Of a DNA stretch of 64,000 bases, positions 13,410 through 25,072 are shown piece after piece (within the stretch, counting starts at the first letter, position 1; every line of letters begins with the position of its first letter). The notes below the pieces were generated by a model. It ran no database searches. It saw only the letters and a program-made list of their open reading frames with translations, and was not told where the DNA came from. The position numbers were made by a program, and so were the translations under genes. Source of the stretch: Callorhinchus milii (Eukaryota); the NCBI RefSeq assembly GCF_018977255.1, contig NW_024704742.1, forward strand, positions 90,150,001 to 90,214,000, given 5' to 3'.

Positions 13410-13735
13410 CTTGTGACCTGCTGACCCCTTATCAACCTGTCCGCTCCCCCATTCAGTGGGCTCTTGCCTGCTCCACGTCCCCCGTTCATCCCGCCCCAGC
13501 ATCGGCGTCGGGCCTTCAGCCTCTCTGCCCCACTCTTTGGAACTCCATTCAACATTCCCTTTGCCTCGCTCCCTCCCTTGCCTCCTTCAAGGCACGTCTC
13601 AAGATCCTCCTCTTTGACTGTGCTTTGACCACCTTCCTACCCTCCCTGCCCTCCATCCTCCCTGATCCCAACACCCCCCCACTCAGGTCCTTGGGACATC
13701 CTTCCGACGTCAAAGGCGCTATACAAATGTTATTT
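13410..13735 (+). mobile_element. L2 3' fragment
   Basis: PTLWNSI...SFKARLK; tail cttgggacatccttccgacgtcaaaggcgctatac. Confidence 0.88.
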
Positions 13736-14050
13736 GGTATTTTGTATTATATGAATTACTCTTTGGGTAAAGTTATCCTTTTTCTTAATGTCTATCTTAC
13801 CTACAGACCTGACTCTCTGCCTCATCTGCCTGATTAAGAAAATTATTCTCTAGTTTTTAAAGTTTTGCCTTGAAATAAACCTCCCTCTCCAAATATAGCA
13901 CAGACTATCCCCGTGCATGTTAATGTGCTGATGAGGGACACAGGACAAGCAAACCATTCTAACTAGCGTCTACTCACCATCAAATTAAATTGTACCAGCA
14001 CAGTATACCCAGAGATCACTGCTAAAGATCGTATCCTGGCATATTCAGTA

Positions 14051-14081
<31 letters not shown>

Positions 14082-14092
14082 CATACACACAT
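14051..14092. repeat. Compound (CT)n(AT)n(AC)n microsatellite
   Basis: Read directly from the sequence. Confidence 0.9.
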
Positions 14093-14107
14093 AAACATTG
14101 TACACAT

Positions 14108-14308
14108 CCTGGCCACCAATTCCCTAAATAAATTTGGTCAGCAATTCCATGGTTGTTTGTGCGACATTGCTGTGTGTAAATTGGCTGGCGCATTTGCCTA
14201 CAAAATATAAGATCCCTACACTCTACAGTATATCCTCACGTGCTTTGAGACGTCCTCCTGACATGAATGGTGCTATATCAAATGCCAGGATTATCATCAT
14301 TATTATTT
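14108..14308 (+). mobile_element. Deu-domain SINE 3' half
   Basis: gacattgctgtgtgtaaattggctggcgc followed by L2-type tail. Confidence 0.8.
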
Positions 14309-15100
14309 TTCCAGCTCTTAACATGTCACAAGATAATCGAAAATAACATTGAAGTCAATAATCTGATTCATGGACACATAGATTAATTTAGTGTCTCCAA
14401 AGTTACCAGCATCTAGTGATACATGCAAACAGAGGAGTAAAAGTCTGCCTTCATATAAATGTTAGTCAAAGCATGTCAGTACTTGTATTCTATACCCATT
14501 TACCCTGAAAACAAAGGATTTAAAAAGCTTTTTGCGCAAAGTACATACATCTCTATACTTAATATTGCCCTAGAGTTTATGTTTGCTTTAATTTGATCTA
14601 TATTTACTGAAAATTATATTGCCATCATGGCCCTGTGTTTGAGTCGAGCATCCGGTATCAATTACTGTTTAGATTAGTAAATGTCCAAAATGAGATTAGT
14701 TATTGAAATGTGGACAATAATAGTACCACACTTATCTCTAGAAGTCACATATCCATTGGCTACTACAGCAGTCTCTACCACAAGAGGGGATTTCATCTTT
14801 CAAGGTGACGGTTTACGTGAGTTATTAGGCTCAGTAACCATCTGGTCTTCATCACTTTGATAAATTAAGACTTGAACTCAGGTCAGGTTCATTAAGCACG
14901 ATGGATTTAACCTTATGAGGGCAACACTATGTGTTTTGTAATATCGCTGAGTGATTTCAGCCACTGGGTAATATTAACCACTTAGATTTGTTTATGCAAC
15001 TTATGACACTTCAGTCAGATTGTGCTGCACGACTGGAGATAAGATTCGCCCGTCTAGCCAGCCATGCGGAGGTTTGTGAAAGCTGCCGAAGGAAGCTCAC

Positions 15101-15197
15101 CCTCTTGACAATATCTTCCCTCTAATATTCCAGCAACGCTGGCAATTGAAAGATTGGATCTGACAAAGGCAACAGCACATCTTAGTCCTGATGTGGG
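15101..15197 (-). other. Candidate spliced exon (97 nt) of an unknown transcript
   Basis: Acceptor cctctctgtttctctctaccAG and donor AGG|GTGAGC in non-repeat sequence; no recognisable protein. Confidence 0.2.
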
Positions 15198-15511
15198 CTG
15201 GTAGAGAGAAACAGAGAGGCCTGACCCAGGGCTGAGGAAAGGGGGGAGAGTCTGACTTCCATTTGGACGATCAACCAAATAGTTCTGCTGAGATCAGGGA
15301 CATGCCTTACTGATCCAAACTCACCCCCACGGCTCCTCCCAAAAGAAATTCAGATGAATTGACTGCTTGTCTCCTCGTGGTTTGCAGGACATTGCTGGAG
15401 CAGATTAACTGTTGTGTTCGCCTACATAATGTTACTTCATTTCTAATTGATTTCGTTCTGTGAAATTGCACAACAATTTTGTATGAACTCTAAAATTTCA
15501 TTGTGTTGTCA

Positions 15512-15635
15512 TAATAACAATAATAATAATAATCCTTGCATTTTGGTATGGCTCCTTTCATGTCAAGAGAACATATCAAACGACTTCATAGGGTATATTG
15601 TAAAATGGATGACTATGTATTTTTTGTGGGTGAAT
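15512..15635 (-). mobile_element. SINE tail fragment
   Basis: (TAA)n ccttgcatt... Confidence 0.75.
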
Positions 15636-16009
15636 GCCAGGCTGAGCCAGTGTCCCACTGTTCAAAGAGTCAGAGCACCGGTCAACCACTCATACACACA
15701 GCAGTTAAAACTAACAATGTTTAAATGCCTGAGATATATCACAATCTGATATTACTTAATTATTGGCCCGGTTCTGCAGAGAAATCTCTTACTTATGGAA
15801 ACTATCCCAGGGTTAAGGATCTATTACAGAATTAATCATCACGGTTTACTGTGAACAAGTGTTGGTCAGCATCTCATCTTGAGATTTCCTCTCATGCTAG
15901 GACATGCTGCCAAAGTAAATGCAAAAAGTTGTCACCCAGATTCTGTATCCTTCCTTTTTATGTTTTCGCTCACAGGCTACATGCATTCTTGTGAATAAAA
16001 TAATATAAT

Positions 16010-16250
16010 GCCTTATCATCATGTTGAAATGTCTTACACAGTTTTCTGTGAATTGTAGTGACTGTGTATTTGTAGCTAATTTGTGCACAGTCCTAATCTG
16101 ATGGATTGTTGGTCAGGAGATACTTGTGTTTTTGGATGGTGCCATGCGATCTTCAATGTTCACCTGAGTTCTCAGTTTAAAATCTCACTCGAAGACGGCA
16201 TGTCTGACAATGCAATGCTGCCCGAGGAGCAATATTAGAGTGTCAGCCTA
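16010..16250 (-). mobile_element. Old Deu-domain SINE fragment
   Basis: gtgccatgcgatcttcaatgttcacctgag...gaagacggcatgtctgacaatgcaatgc...agtgtcagcctaga. Confidence 0.65.
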
Positions 16251-16446
16251 GACCAGCATCCAGCCCGGCAGGTGATTTTATCCGGCTCAAGGCGATTTCC
16301 AACATTCTAACTTCTTCTCCCTCTCTGGTGAGCGTAGGTCATGGCAGAGGCAGGAGCCAGCAGTTGGGAAGACGCAGCCCAGAAAGTGGAAATAATGCCG
16401 CCCGTTACTGCAGTCTGTAAGGAAGGCAAGCACGTCTCTTACCAAC

Positions 16447-16463
16447 CACGTGACCTTAGCAAC
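16447..16463. promoter_or_regulatory. Overlapping E-box (CACGTGAC) and RFX X-box (GTGACCTTAGCAAC)
   Basis: Exact match to GTNRCC-N2-RGYAAC within a locally GC/CpG-rich patch; motif evidence only. Confidence 0.25.
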
Positions 16464-17907
16464 CACTGGCTCCTGCCGCTGAAGATAGTGAACCGTATGG
16501 TGATTGGGAGTGAGAGGGATTGAGAGGGGGAGGGTGGAGAGAGGATAGAGGGGGGGCCCCGATGGGATATGACTCAGAGTACTGAGGAAAATCGGGGAGG
16601 CAGTGGCAGTCCGGGAAGTCAGGGAGAAGATAATTTCCTAAATATTCTTGGAAGCAAATATTGCATGAGAAGACTGGAACCTAAATAATTTCACAAACTG
16701 TTCAAGAAGGAGGACAGAGATAAGCCATGAAATTATGAGGCATAAATTTGCAGTAGTCCTTCATAGCTGTCTTGCGTTAATTAGCAGAAAACTGTAAGAA
16801 ATAATGAAAAATCTGTTACCATTTCTTGATAAGCAACACCTTTGAGGATATTATTGTTTCCTGAGGAGTTGAGATGGAGGCCAGTCATTGTATATGTGAG
16901 CAACGTAATATCCCTGCATCAGTACCAAAAGGAGGCTTTATATTGTTTGATCAACACATGTTTTCCTATGGAAGTTGATTGACAGAGATATCAGCAATAT
17001 GTCTAAACCTTTCATTAATATTAATCCTTATATTCTGTGCCTTTTTATGCATGGCAGCTAGTGTTGATGACCCAAGGATCTCTCACCCTGTGAACATGGA
17101 GATCCGGAAATGTAATCTCATTCCTTGGCAAATATCTTGGCAACGTGTCTGCTGAAGTGCTTCCCTCCCTCCTTCCAAGTACAGTTCAGCTAACAGATTT
17201 GTTTCCTTCGACATTCTGGATACATTCACAGTACTTTAAGCAGCAGCACATGGTATGAATGCATGGCTCCAGGAAAGTGAGGAGGGCGGACATTTGTTTT
17301 CTCTGCGATTTGGATAAGCATTGGAACTTGTGGTCAGTGACCCCTGAGATTGTCTCAGTGATCTGACTGGGCTCTCCAGCCAGGAAGAGCCTCGGCTGAA
17401 AAATATTTATTTCCTTAGTATTTCTCCAGTATATTTTGTTAAACTGTGAATCCAATGCACATTTCAGGTTTGCTAGATGACTGAAATGACCTCAATTACA
17501 CAAAGGTCTTGCATAACATCAGACTAGCAACAGGCAGGAACCTGGAATGTCCTGGATCTCACCAATGTTTTTTCTTTCAGTTATATAAATGATTTCTGAT
17601 GGAAAAGCCACCGGGTCAAAAAATGTTCCCTGGTTGTTATCTTCCAGTTGCATAATCCTATGGTCTTCACCAGACCAGTTATTTTCTTCCCTGAGTCCAT
17701 CAAAAATGCAAGATGTGATGGTTCACAATGGAAGAACTTTCCAGTCCATCACTCAATGTCAGCATCAAGTACTTAAAGTTAATTAATGATCATAACATTT
17801 GTTATAGCTCCCATAATTTCACAGGTAATTGCTGCCTAGTGCAGTGACTGAATATTTGTAGTATGGCCAAACCCGAGGCAAAATAAAGCTCCTTATGCTT
17901 CACTTCA

Positions 17908-18272
17908 ACAATAATAATAATAATCCTTGCATTTGATATAGCACTTTTCACATCTTCTAGATGTTTCAAAGTGCTTCACAGAATAAACTGTAAAGTGAAT
18001 TGACTGTATATTGTGGGAGAAACATGGCAGCCGATTGCACACAGCAGTGTCCCACAAATAGTCATGGATTGAGTGACCAAGTTATTCTTGTTTTTTTTGA
18101 GGGATTATTAACCAGGGAAAAGCTATCTGCCGATCGACTTAACAACTGGATTCCTACTTACTGCTAGGTATACAAGGTGCTTGGAGTAAGGAAATTTGCC
18201 CAACATTTCGCCCCGCTGGGAATAGAACCCAAGTCTCTCGCTTGCGAGGCCAGTGCTCTACTGAGTTGTCTA
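17908..18272 (-). mobile_element. tRNA-headed SINE, long subfamily
   Basis: Head (gggaatagaacccaagtctctcgcttgcgaggc), internal cctacttactgctagg segment, Deu-like body, tail. Confidence 0.88.
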
Positions 18273-18339
18273 ACCCCATTGACTTACCACAAAGAATGGG
18301 GTTGGCATTCCACTTCTGAGCAAGATTCAATCTATTTAG

Positions 18340-18540
18340 ACAGTATCTATGGAGAGAGGAAAGTGAGTTAAGGTTTCAGGTCGATGATCTTTTGTCAGAA
18401 CCTTTTGTTCTGACGAAATGTCATCGACATGAAACCCTAACTCACTTTCCTTTCTCCATAAATGCTGCCTGACCTGCTGAGTGTTCCCAGCGACTTTCGT
18501 TTTTATTTCAGATTTCCAGCATCTGCAGTATTATGCCTTC
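18340..18540 (+). mobile_element. Penelope-like element terminus with inverted duplication and hammerhead-like motifs
   Basis: 62-bp inverted repeat (18340-18401 / 18407-18469); CTGACGA..GAAAC core; downstream gctgcctgacctgctgagt...tttcagatttccagcatctgcagta, which I recognise as typical of chondrichthyan Penelope ends. Confidence 0.75.
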
Positions 18541-18544
18541 AATC

Positions 18545-18712
18545 TATTTACGTAGCTTTTCAGAGTGGCCAGAATTTGGCAAATTGTTGAATTCAGTCTT
18601 AACTCGGAAGTCAGTTTTCTGTAGTTCCTAAAAAAATAAGGAATTTGACAAATTCTGGATATTCTGAAATGTTTGGAAATTAATCTCAACCCAGATGGAA
18701 TTTCACCCCCCA
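18545..18712. mobile_element. Palindromic MITE family copy (left end missing)
   Basis: ccagaatttggcaaat...atttgacaaattctgga; right end acccagatggaatttcacccc. Confidence 0.7.
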
Positions 18713-19006
18713 AATTTCTTTAAGTGGCAGTCACAGGAGTCAAGGGCCACACAAAGACTTTAACATCATCATCTGTTTACATTATGCATTCTGTTTACTC
18801 ACATCAGTAGTCTGAATATCACCAGAACACAATGAATCAGCCATGTGTACTTTATTCCATCGCAGAAAGTGCATGAATGGTGTAAACAGTCAAGAATACA
18901 AAGCGATTACACCATGCTATTGATTATTTCCTGGCACTGGACTGCATATTGCATCTTGTAATTCTACACCTTTTACTTCTTAAATTTAAGAAAACATAAT
19001 AAAAAT

Positions 19007-19229
19007 GTGGTAGAAATTCTATCTGGGTCTAGGTTTATTCTATTTTTATAACATTTCAGGATATTCCGAATTCACCAAATTCTTAATTTTGAAGCTTTTT
19101 TTGTGCAAGTTTTTTTTATAAACGACAGAAAACTGGGCTCAACGTTAAAACTGAATTCAACAATTTGTCCAATTCTAGACGCTCTGAAATACTAAGAAAA
19201 TAGAGTAAATCAGATGAAACTTCAACCCA
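19007..19229. mobile_element. Palindromic MITE family copy
   Basis: gtggtagaaattctatctgggtctag ... aaatcagatgaaacttcaaccc. Confidence 0.65.
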
Positions 19230-19387
19230 AATGTCTCCACATGGCTTTGTGGAGTGTATTTGGTGATTTTCCTGAGCAAAATAAAGATTAAAGTTAAAAA
19301 CTTTGAAAATAGTTTGTACTTTATTGCAGATAGAATTATACCTTGCATGCACTGCTATTCAGTGTAAATTGTGACCAAAGAAACAAA

Positions 19388-20480
19388 AATAACAACAACA
19401 ACTTGCATGTATACACCACCAATCACGCAGGGTAACGTCACAAAGCACTTGACAGTGGCGGAGTACAATGCTGAACCGGGGGGAGGTGACTGTAGGCACG
19501 GTCGAAGAGGAAGGTCTTCAGGCATGACCTGAAGATGGGGAAAGAGGCGGCAAGGTGGAGGGATAAGAGGAAGAGTGTTCCTGAGTTTCGGGATGTAGTG
19601 GCTGAAAAAGCGACCATCGATGGTGGAACAGAGGTCACGAGGATCAAGCAGAAGGCCACAGCCTGTCAATTGGAGGTTGTGGGTAGTGGGTTGGGGAGTA
19701 AACAGGTTGGAGAGGAAGGGAGGTGCCAGGGCATGAAGAGATTTGAAAATGAGTATGAGGATCTTGAAATCGATCCGTCCAATGATAGGGAGCCAGTGGA
19801 ACCTGGCTAGAACTGGTGTGATGGTGGTAAGGAGTTAATGCAGGTGAGTATGCTGGTGGCAGAGTTTTGGACTTGCTGGATTTTGGGTGGATAGTGCAGT
19901 TGGGGATACAGACGAGCATGGCTTTTGAATAGTCGAGGCAGTAGGTGATGAATGCATGGACGAGTGTTTCAGCTGTGTGTGGGGTAGGGTCAGAGATGAG
20001 CAATGTGGCAGAGGTGGAGGAAGGCGGTGCTTTCAGGGTCCGGATGTGGAGTAGGTAGGGCTGCGTGGGTCGAGCCTAAGTTGTGCACCAGTTTAGTGAG
20101 TTTGAGGGACAGGCCAGGGAGGTTGAGGAGGTCAGAGCCACAGGACAGAAGACGTTGAAGGGAGCCTACTTGTCGACATTTAGCTGTAAAAAGTTTGCGC
20201 TCATCCAGGTCTTGATGTCTGCCAGACAAGCCGATAGAACATTGGTGGCTCTGGAGTTGCAACTGGAGAAGTATATTTGTGTGTCATCCTCATACATGTG
20301 AAAGTTGACCCAGTGTCTGCGGATGACATCGCCAAGAGGGAGCATTTAGATAAGGAAGAGGAGGGAGCCAAGAATAGAGCCCTGGCAGACACCACAGGTA
20401 GGGACAGGGGTGCGAGGAGAATCCATTTGAAGAGATAAATTGAAAGTGGTTTGTTAGGTAGGACTTGAACCAGGCGAGTA
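19388..20480 (-). mobile_element. L2 LINE fragment including decayed RT domain
   Basis: Antisense of atgtatgaggatgacacacaaatatac (YxDD region), gggctctattcttggctccctc (GSILAP, the GSxLGP motif), AETLVHAFIT..LDY; (GTT)n tail. Confidence 0.9.
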
Positions 20481-20564
20481 TACCTTAAATCAGAAACTAT
20501 CTGATCTAAGGTATTAAAAATAATAAAAAGGTTCCAGTATCCTTGAATAGAGTGAGAATCTTAT

Positions 20565-20965
20565 AATTAATAATTTCTGCATTTGGTATTATGCCTACAA
20601 TCTTGGGAACATCTTAAAGCACTTCACAAATTTTCTGTAAAGTATAGTGGCTGTATATTTGTCGATGGATGCAACAGGCAATTTGCACAGTGACATGAAG
20701 TGAATGACCAATTTCATTTGGCCAGGACACTGAGAGAAACTCGCTTCTCTTTTCAAATAATGCCATGTGATTGTTAACATCCACCTGAACTGGCTGACAA
20801 GCCCTCAGTTTAACATCTCATTCGAAGGACGGCAGCTCCAAAACTGTAGCACACCCCAGGACAGCTTTGGAGTGTCAGCCAAGACTGTAAGCTCAGAGTC
20901 CTGCCACTAATCTCACAAAGCTCTGACCTTGAGGCGAAAGTGCTATAGATTGTGCCAGGCAGACA
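20565..20965 (-). mobile_element. Full-length old Deu-domain SINE
   Basis: Collinear antisense match to 57030-57465. Confidence 0.78.
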
Positions 20966-21507
20966 CACAAAATTTAAATTAATAGTTATTTAAATTAATA
21001 AAGTGAAGTACTAGACCTTTAGTCCCATGGCAACTCATTGTTATTTGGGCTCAGATAATTTGCTAAGCAAAATATCGCCATCCATTTGACAGTAACTGCA
21101 GTTCTACTTATATTGCAATTTAACAGAACTTAAGCACCAACTGATGCAATACAAAGTGAAACGTGTAATTTACTCTATTCAGATTGTGCAGCAACAATAA
21201 ACAACACACCTCATGTTGCTAGATTGATGAATGGAACTCTTTTCACTGATATAACTGAATGCAAACAAGAAGTAAACCACAGAGAAACGAGAGGTCAAAA
21301 CCCATCACAGAATATTCATATAATACAATATGCACAAATCCTGCAAACCTGGAAAACATAATATGAAAGTGCAATCTACAAAGAACAAAGGACATTCTCT
21401 CCTCCTGCAGAAAGGTTTTGAGCAAACTGGGGCTTGAAATTCCAGTAGCCATTTTGTAGCTGAGTAAAGGAGTCTCCATGGTTGTCAAACATTAATGCAA
21501 GAATTAT

Positions 21508-21723
21508 GTGGATAAATTCGACTTGGGTCTTGGTTTACTTTGTCATATAATAATTAAGAGAGTCCAGAGTTTGACAAATTGCTGAATTCTTTGAAATTGT
21601 TTTTCTGTAACTCTTAACAATAAACCTGACTTCAAAATCAAGACTGCATTTAAGAATTTGCCAAATTCTGGATGCTCTGAAATGCTACATCAATAGTATA
21701 AATCAGGTGGAATTTCTCCCCCC
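21508..21723. mobile_element. Palindromic MITE family copy
   Basis: gtggataaattcgacttgggtct ... aaatcaggtggaatttctcccc. Confidence 0.7.
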
Positions 21724-23429
21724 AGAATGTTGTATTTTTTTCTGGTATCAGCCTGATGTTGTCATGTCCTGAGTTTAACCCTGCCTGAGACTAACACTGC
21801 AAAAAATCACATGCTGTTTTCAGCAAGAGACTCTGACCCAATTCAGCAAGCACAATGAAGTGATAATTGCTGCATGTGTATGTCGACTGAATATACATAC
21901 ACCAATTCAAAGTACGATGGGTACCAGAAAAATAAACTCCAGAGGGGTGTGGAGAGGAGGCTGAGTGTTGGGGGTCTTGCATCGATGCAAAAGGACTTTC
22001 GACGAACTCTTTTTTGGCATGACTAGCTGCAATGGTTGGCCCAGGGAAAAGAGGGATGAATATGTGGTCCATTATAAGATGCTCTGTCAATATTGGCAAT
22101 GGCTCCACTTTGAGATCAGGGTGTCTTTCAATGTGCGGAAGGCAAAAAGGTAAGATGAACAAAACAAGATAATGTTTCAGGCACTATGTTCCAGCACACT
22201 TGTAGATGTTATTGTTTACATGTCCTCAATAACAGAGGCTGACACAATGGAGAAATTAATGACTGCACATTTTATTCTCAGAGGAAACAATGCTCAAGAG
22301 CACCCAGTGTAAGTGGAGGAAGGAGGGGCAGGTGGAGGCTCTTCCAACTATGGCAACTGATAACAGCAGAGGAGAAGGTCATAGCTCCTTTCATACCTAA
22401 AGAAAGATTGGAAGACTAGCGGAAAACCCAAAGTAATGTCAACCCTTATCACTGAGAATTTGGTTGGAAGCTTAGACCTGTGCCTGGCTTCTATAATGAC
22501 CTTCAATAGGGTAACTCTGGATTGTTAATGAATCTTGCCTGTGTGCTGCTCATTCTATCTTTGTGGGTTTGTGAGGATGCTTCACCTGGACCCGAAGCAC
22601 TTGCAGCACAGACAACAACACCAGTAACACATAAAGGAGGATGTTAGCTATCTTGTTCCTCGGGAAAGGCTTGTTTCAGTTTCTATCTCATGCAGCCTCC
22701 CCCATCACCCCACCACCCCAAAACCATCTTGTGCAAAAAACACTGCACTAGCCTCAAGTAAGTCTCAGGAATTTAAGTGCTTTGGACGGGACCAACGCTA
22801 AGAACTCCCAGGAATTTTGCAAGTACAACTATCGCTCGTTTTCTCCTTTACTGCCCAAATCAAGCCCATGCCAACGCAAGGTTGAAGATGAGAGAAAGAC
22901 CTGTAAATCTGTATTTCTCAGATCAGCCAATACAGATCAAATTACTGTCTAAAGTAAACCACCACACAAGTGCTGAATGAACGTGCTCTGCAGCAGATGG
23001 AAGGAATGGTTTACGGGAATCTAGCAATTTGGGTCCGAGTGTTGGATTTTACTATGTCTTTACAGAAAATGATCACTGAGGTTCAAAACTCAAATGTTGC
23101 AGCTGTAATGCTTCAGAGCCGAATGAATACAGAAACATGACAAGGACACTGTTATCATGTTGGCCCCAAAGGAAAATTTAGAACAATCCGGACCAGCTGC
23201 AGGAGAGTCAAGGGCTTGTTACATCTGAATTGTGTTTTAAACAAATATTAGTATCTGGTGCATGTAGAGATCCTTATCGATGCAATCGATTTAATTTACC
23301 TTTTTGTTGTCTCCTCTCCATAAGCTAAATATTCATACATACACATGGGCATACACTCACATTTGCAGAAATCTCTATTTAATACACCATTTGTTGCTGT
23401 TATCCAGGGCCTTCATAGCAACATGCATC

Positions 23430-23965
23430 ATCATCAACAACAATTTGCATTTACATAGCACCCTTCACGTCTATCGAGCATCGAAGAAGGGGAAAAGGGG
23501 AGGTGACCATAGGCGCAAAGAAGTAAGCTTTGAGGCAGGACTTGAAAACAACTATGGAGATTGGCCAACTGACCAAGATGGAGGGAGGGTGTTCCAGAGG
23601 TTATTAGCATAGTATCTGCAAGCTCAGCCACCAGCGGTGGCATGCATAAGGTAGGAGACATGCATCAAGCCTGAGATAGCTGAGCTGAGGGGACGACCAG
23701 GAGGATATCAGAGGGACATGCTAAATGAAGGGATTTTCTAGGTGAGGGCCATGTAACCAATCCGCTGGAGACAGGGAGACTGTGGAGCCGGGGAGAACTG
23801 GGCATGCAGAATTCAGTGTGGGTGAAGATGCAGTGGCAGAGTTTTGGATAAATTGGAGTTTATGGATAATGGAGCTAGGGAGGCGAGCAATAGGTGAATT
23901 AGAAAAATCCAGAGAGGAGGAGACAAAGATATGGATAACGGTTTCAGTAGCATTTGGTCTGAGAT
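23430..23965 (-). mobile_element. Old L2 fragment, followed by a CR1 tail (about 23965-24070, minus)
   Basis: caacaatttgcatttacatagc tail; gcagtggcagagttttggataaattggag; atagaatcatggaagttt...ggcccattgagtc. Confidence 0.7.
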
Positions 23966-24079
23966 AGAATCATGGAAGTTTATAGTGCAGAAGAAGGAGG
24001 TCAATTGGCCCATTGAGTCCGCAGGGGCTCTCGGAGCAAGCTGTCCATTCAACTGCCTCTCCCTATCCTCATATAGTAT

Positions 24080-24730
24080 AAAATAATAATCCTTGCATTT
24101 GATATAGCGCTTTTCATGTCTTTTAGACGTCTCAAAGTGCTTCACAGAATATACTGTAAAGTGAATTGACTGTCCTTTTTGTGGGCGAAACGCAGCAGCC
24201 AATTGTGCATAGCAGTGTCCTACAAACACTTATAATATAATAATAATAATAATAATCCTTGCATTTGATATAGCGCTTTCCACGTCGGGAGGACGTCCCA
24301 AAGCGCTTCACAGAACACACTGTAAAGTGAATTGACTGTATATTTGCGGGCGAACGCGGCAGCCAATTGCGCACAGCAATGTCCCACAAACAGTCGTAGA
24401 TTGAAAATGACCAATTTATTATTGTTTTTGGTTTTGGAAGGATTATTATTAGGCGTGTGGAGTAAGGAAACTTGCCCAAGGTTTCGCCCTGCCTGGAATT
24501 GAACTCCGGTCTCTTGCTTGCAAAGCGAGTGCTCTAACCACTGAGCTACAGGACTCCGTGGACTCACTTGTGGATTGAGTGACCAAATTATTATTGTTTT
24601 TAGTTTTTTGAGGGATTATTATCAGTCATGTGGAGTAAGGAAACTTCCTGAAGGCTTTGCCCTGCCGGGAATCTAGCCCAGGTCTCTCGCTTGTGAGGCG
24701 AGTAGTCTAACCACTGAGCTACAAGACTCC
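24080..24730 (-). mobile_element. tRNA-SINE host copy split by a nested younger copy
   Basis: 3' half 24080-24231, 5' half 24565-24730; CACTT duplicated at both junctions. Confidence 0.88.
24232..24557 (-). mobile_element. Young tRNA-Ala-derived SINE, short subfamily
   Basis: A box TAGCTCAGTGG, B box GAGTTCAATTCC, CpGs retained; near-identical to the copies at 45362, 46479 and 60083. Confidence 0.93.
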
Positions 24731-24983
24731 TACATACTCATACCTCATCACACCTGAATACAATTCAGCCTGAGTATATTTACCTGGTGACACAGTACTA
24801 GTTATTTCAACAAATGCTGCTGTATTTATGCTGCTTGTTTTATAAACCTCTACCAAAGTTGAACATCATATTCTGATGCCACCCACCAGCTACTAGGGGG
24901 TGAAGGAAGGTGATGCGGCAAAGATGAAGAATAAGCAGTCTTGGTCAGTGGTGTGAGATAGAGATGTGAGGGAGAGATGTGAG

Positions 24984-25072
24984 CTCCGAAACTCTGTTTG
25001 TCTAGTGCCTTGGAACGTCCTCCTGACATGAAAGGCGCGATACAAGTGTAATTTTGTTGTTGTTGTTGTTGC
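24984..25072 (+). mobile_element. Very short L2 tail insertion flanked by a 32-bp direct repeat
   Basis: ccttggaacgtcctcctgacatgaaaggcgc...(GTT)n; flanks 24952-24983 and 25073-25104. Confidence 0.85.

Noticed and set aside
21791..22162. 123-aa minus ORF, or a plus exon ending AAG|GTAAGA
   Set aside because: No recognisable homology and a weak acceptor
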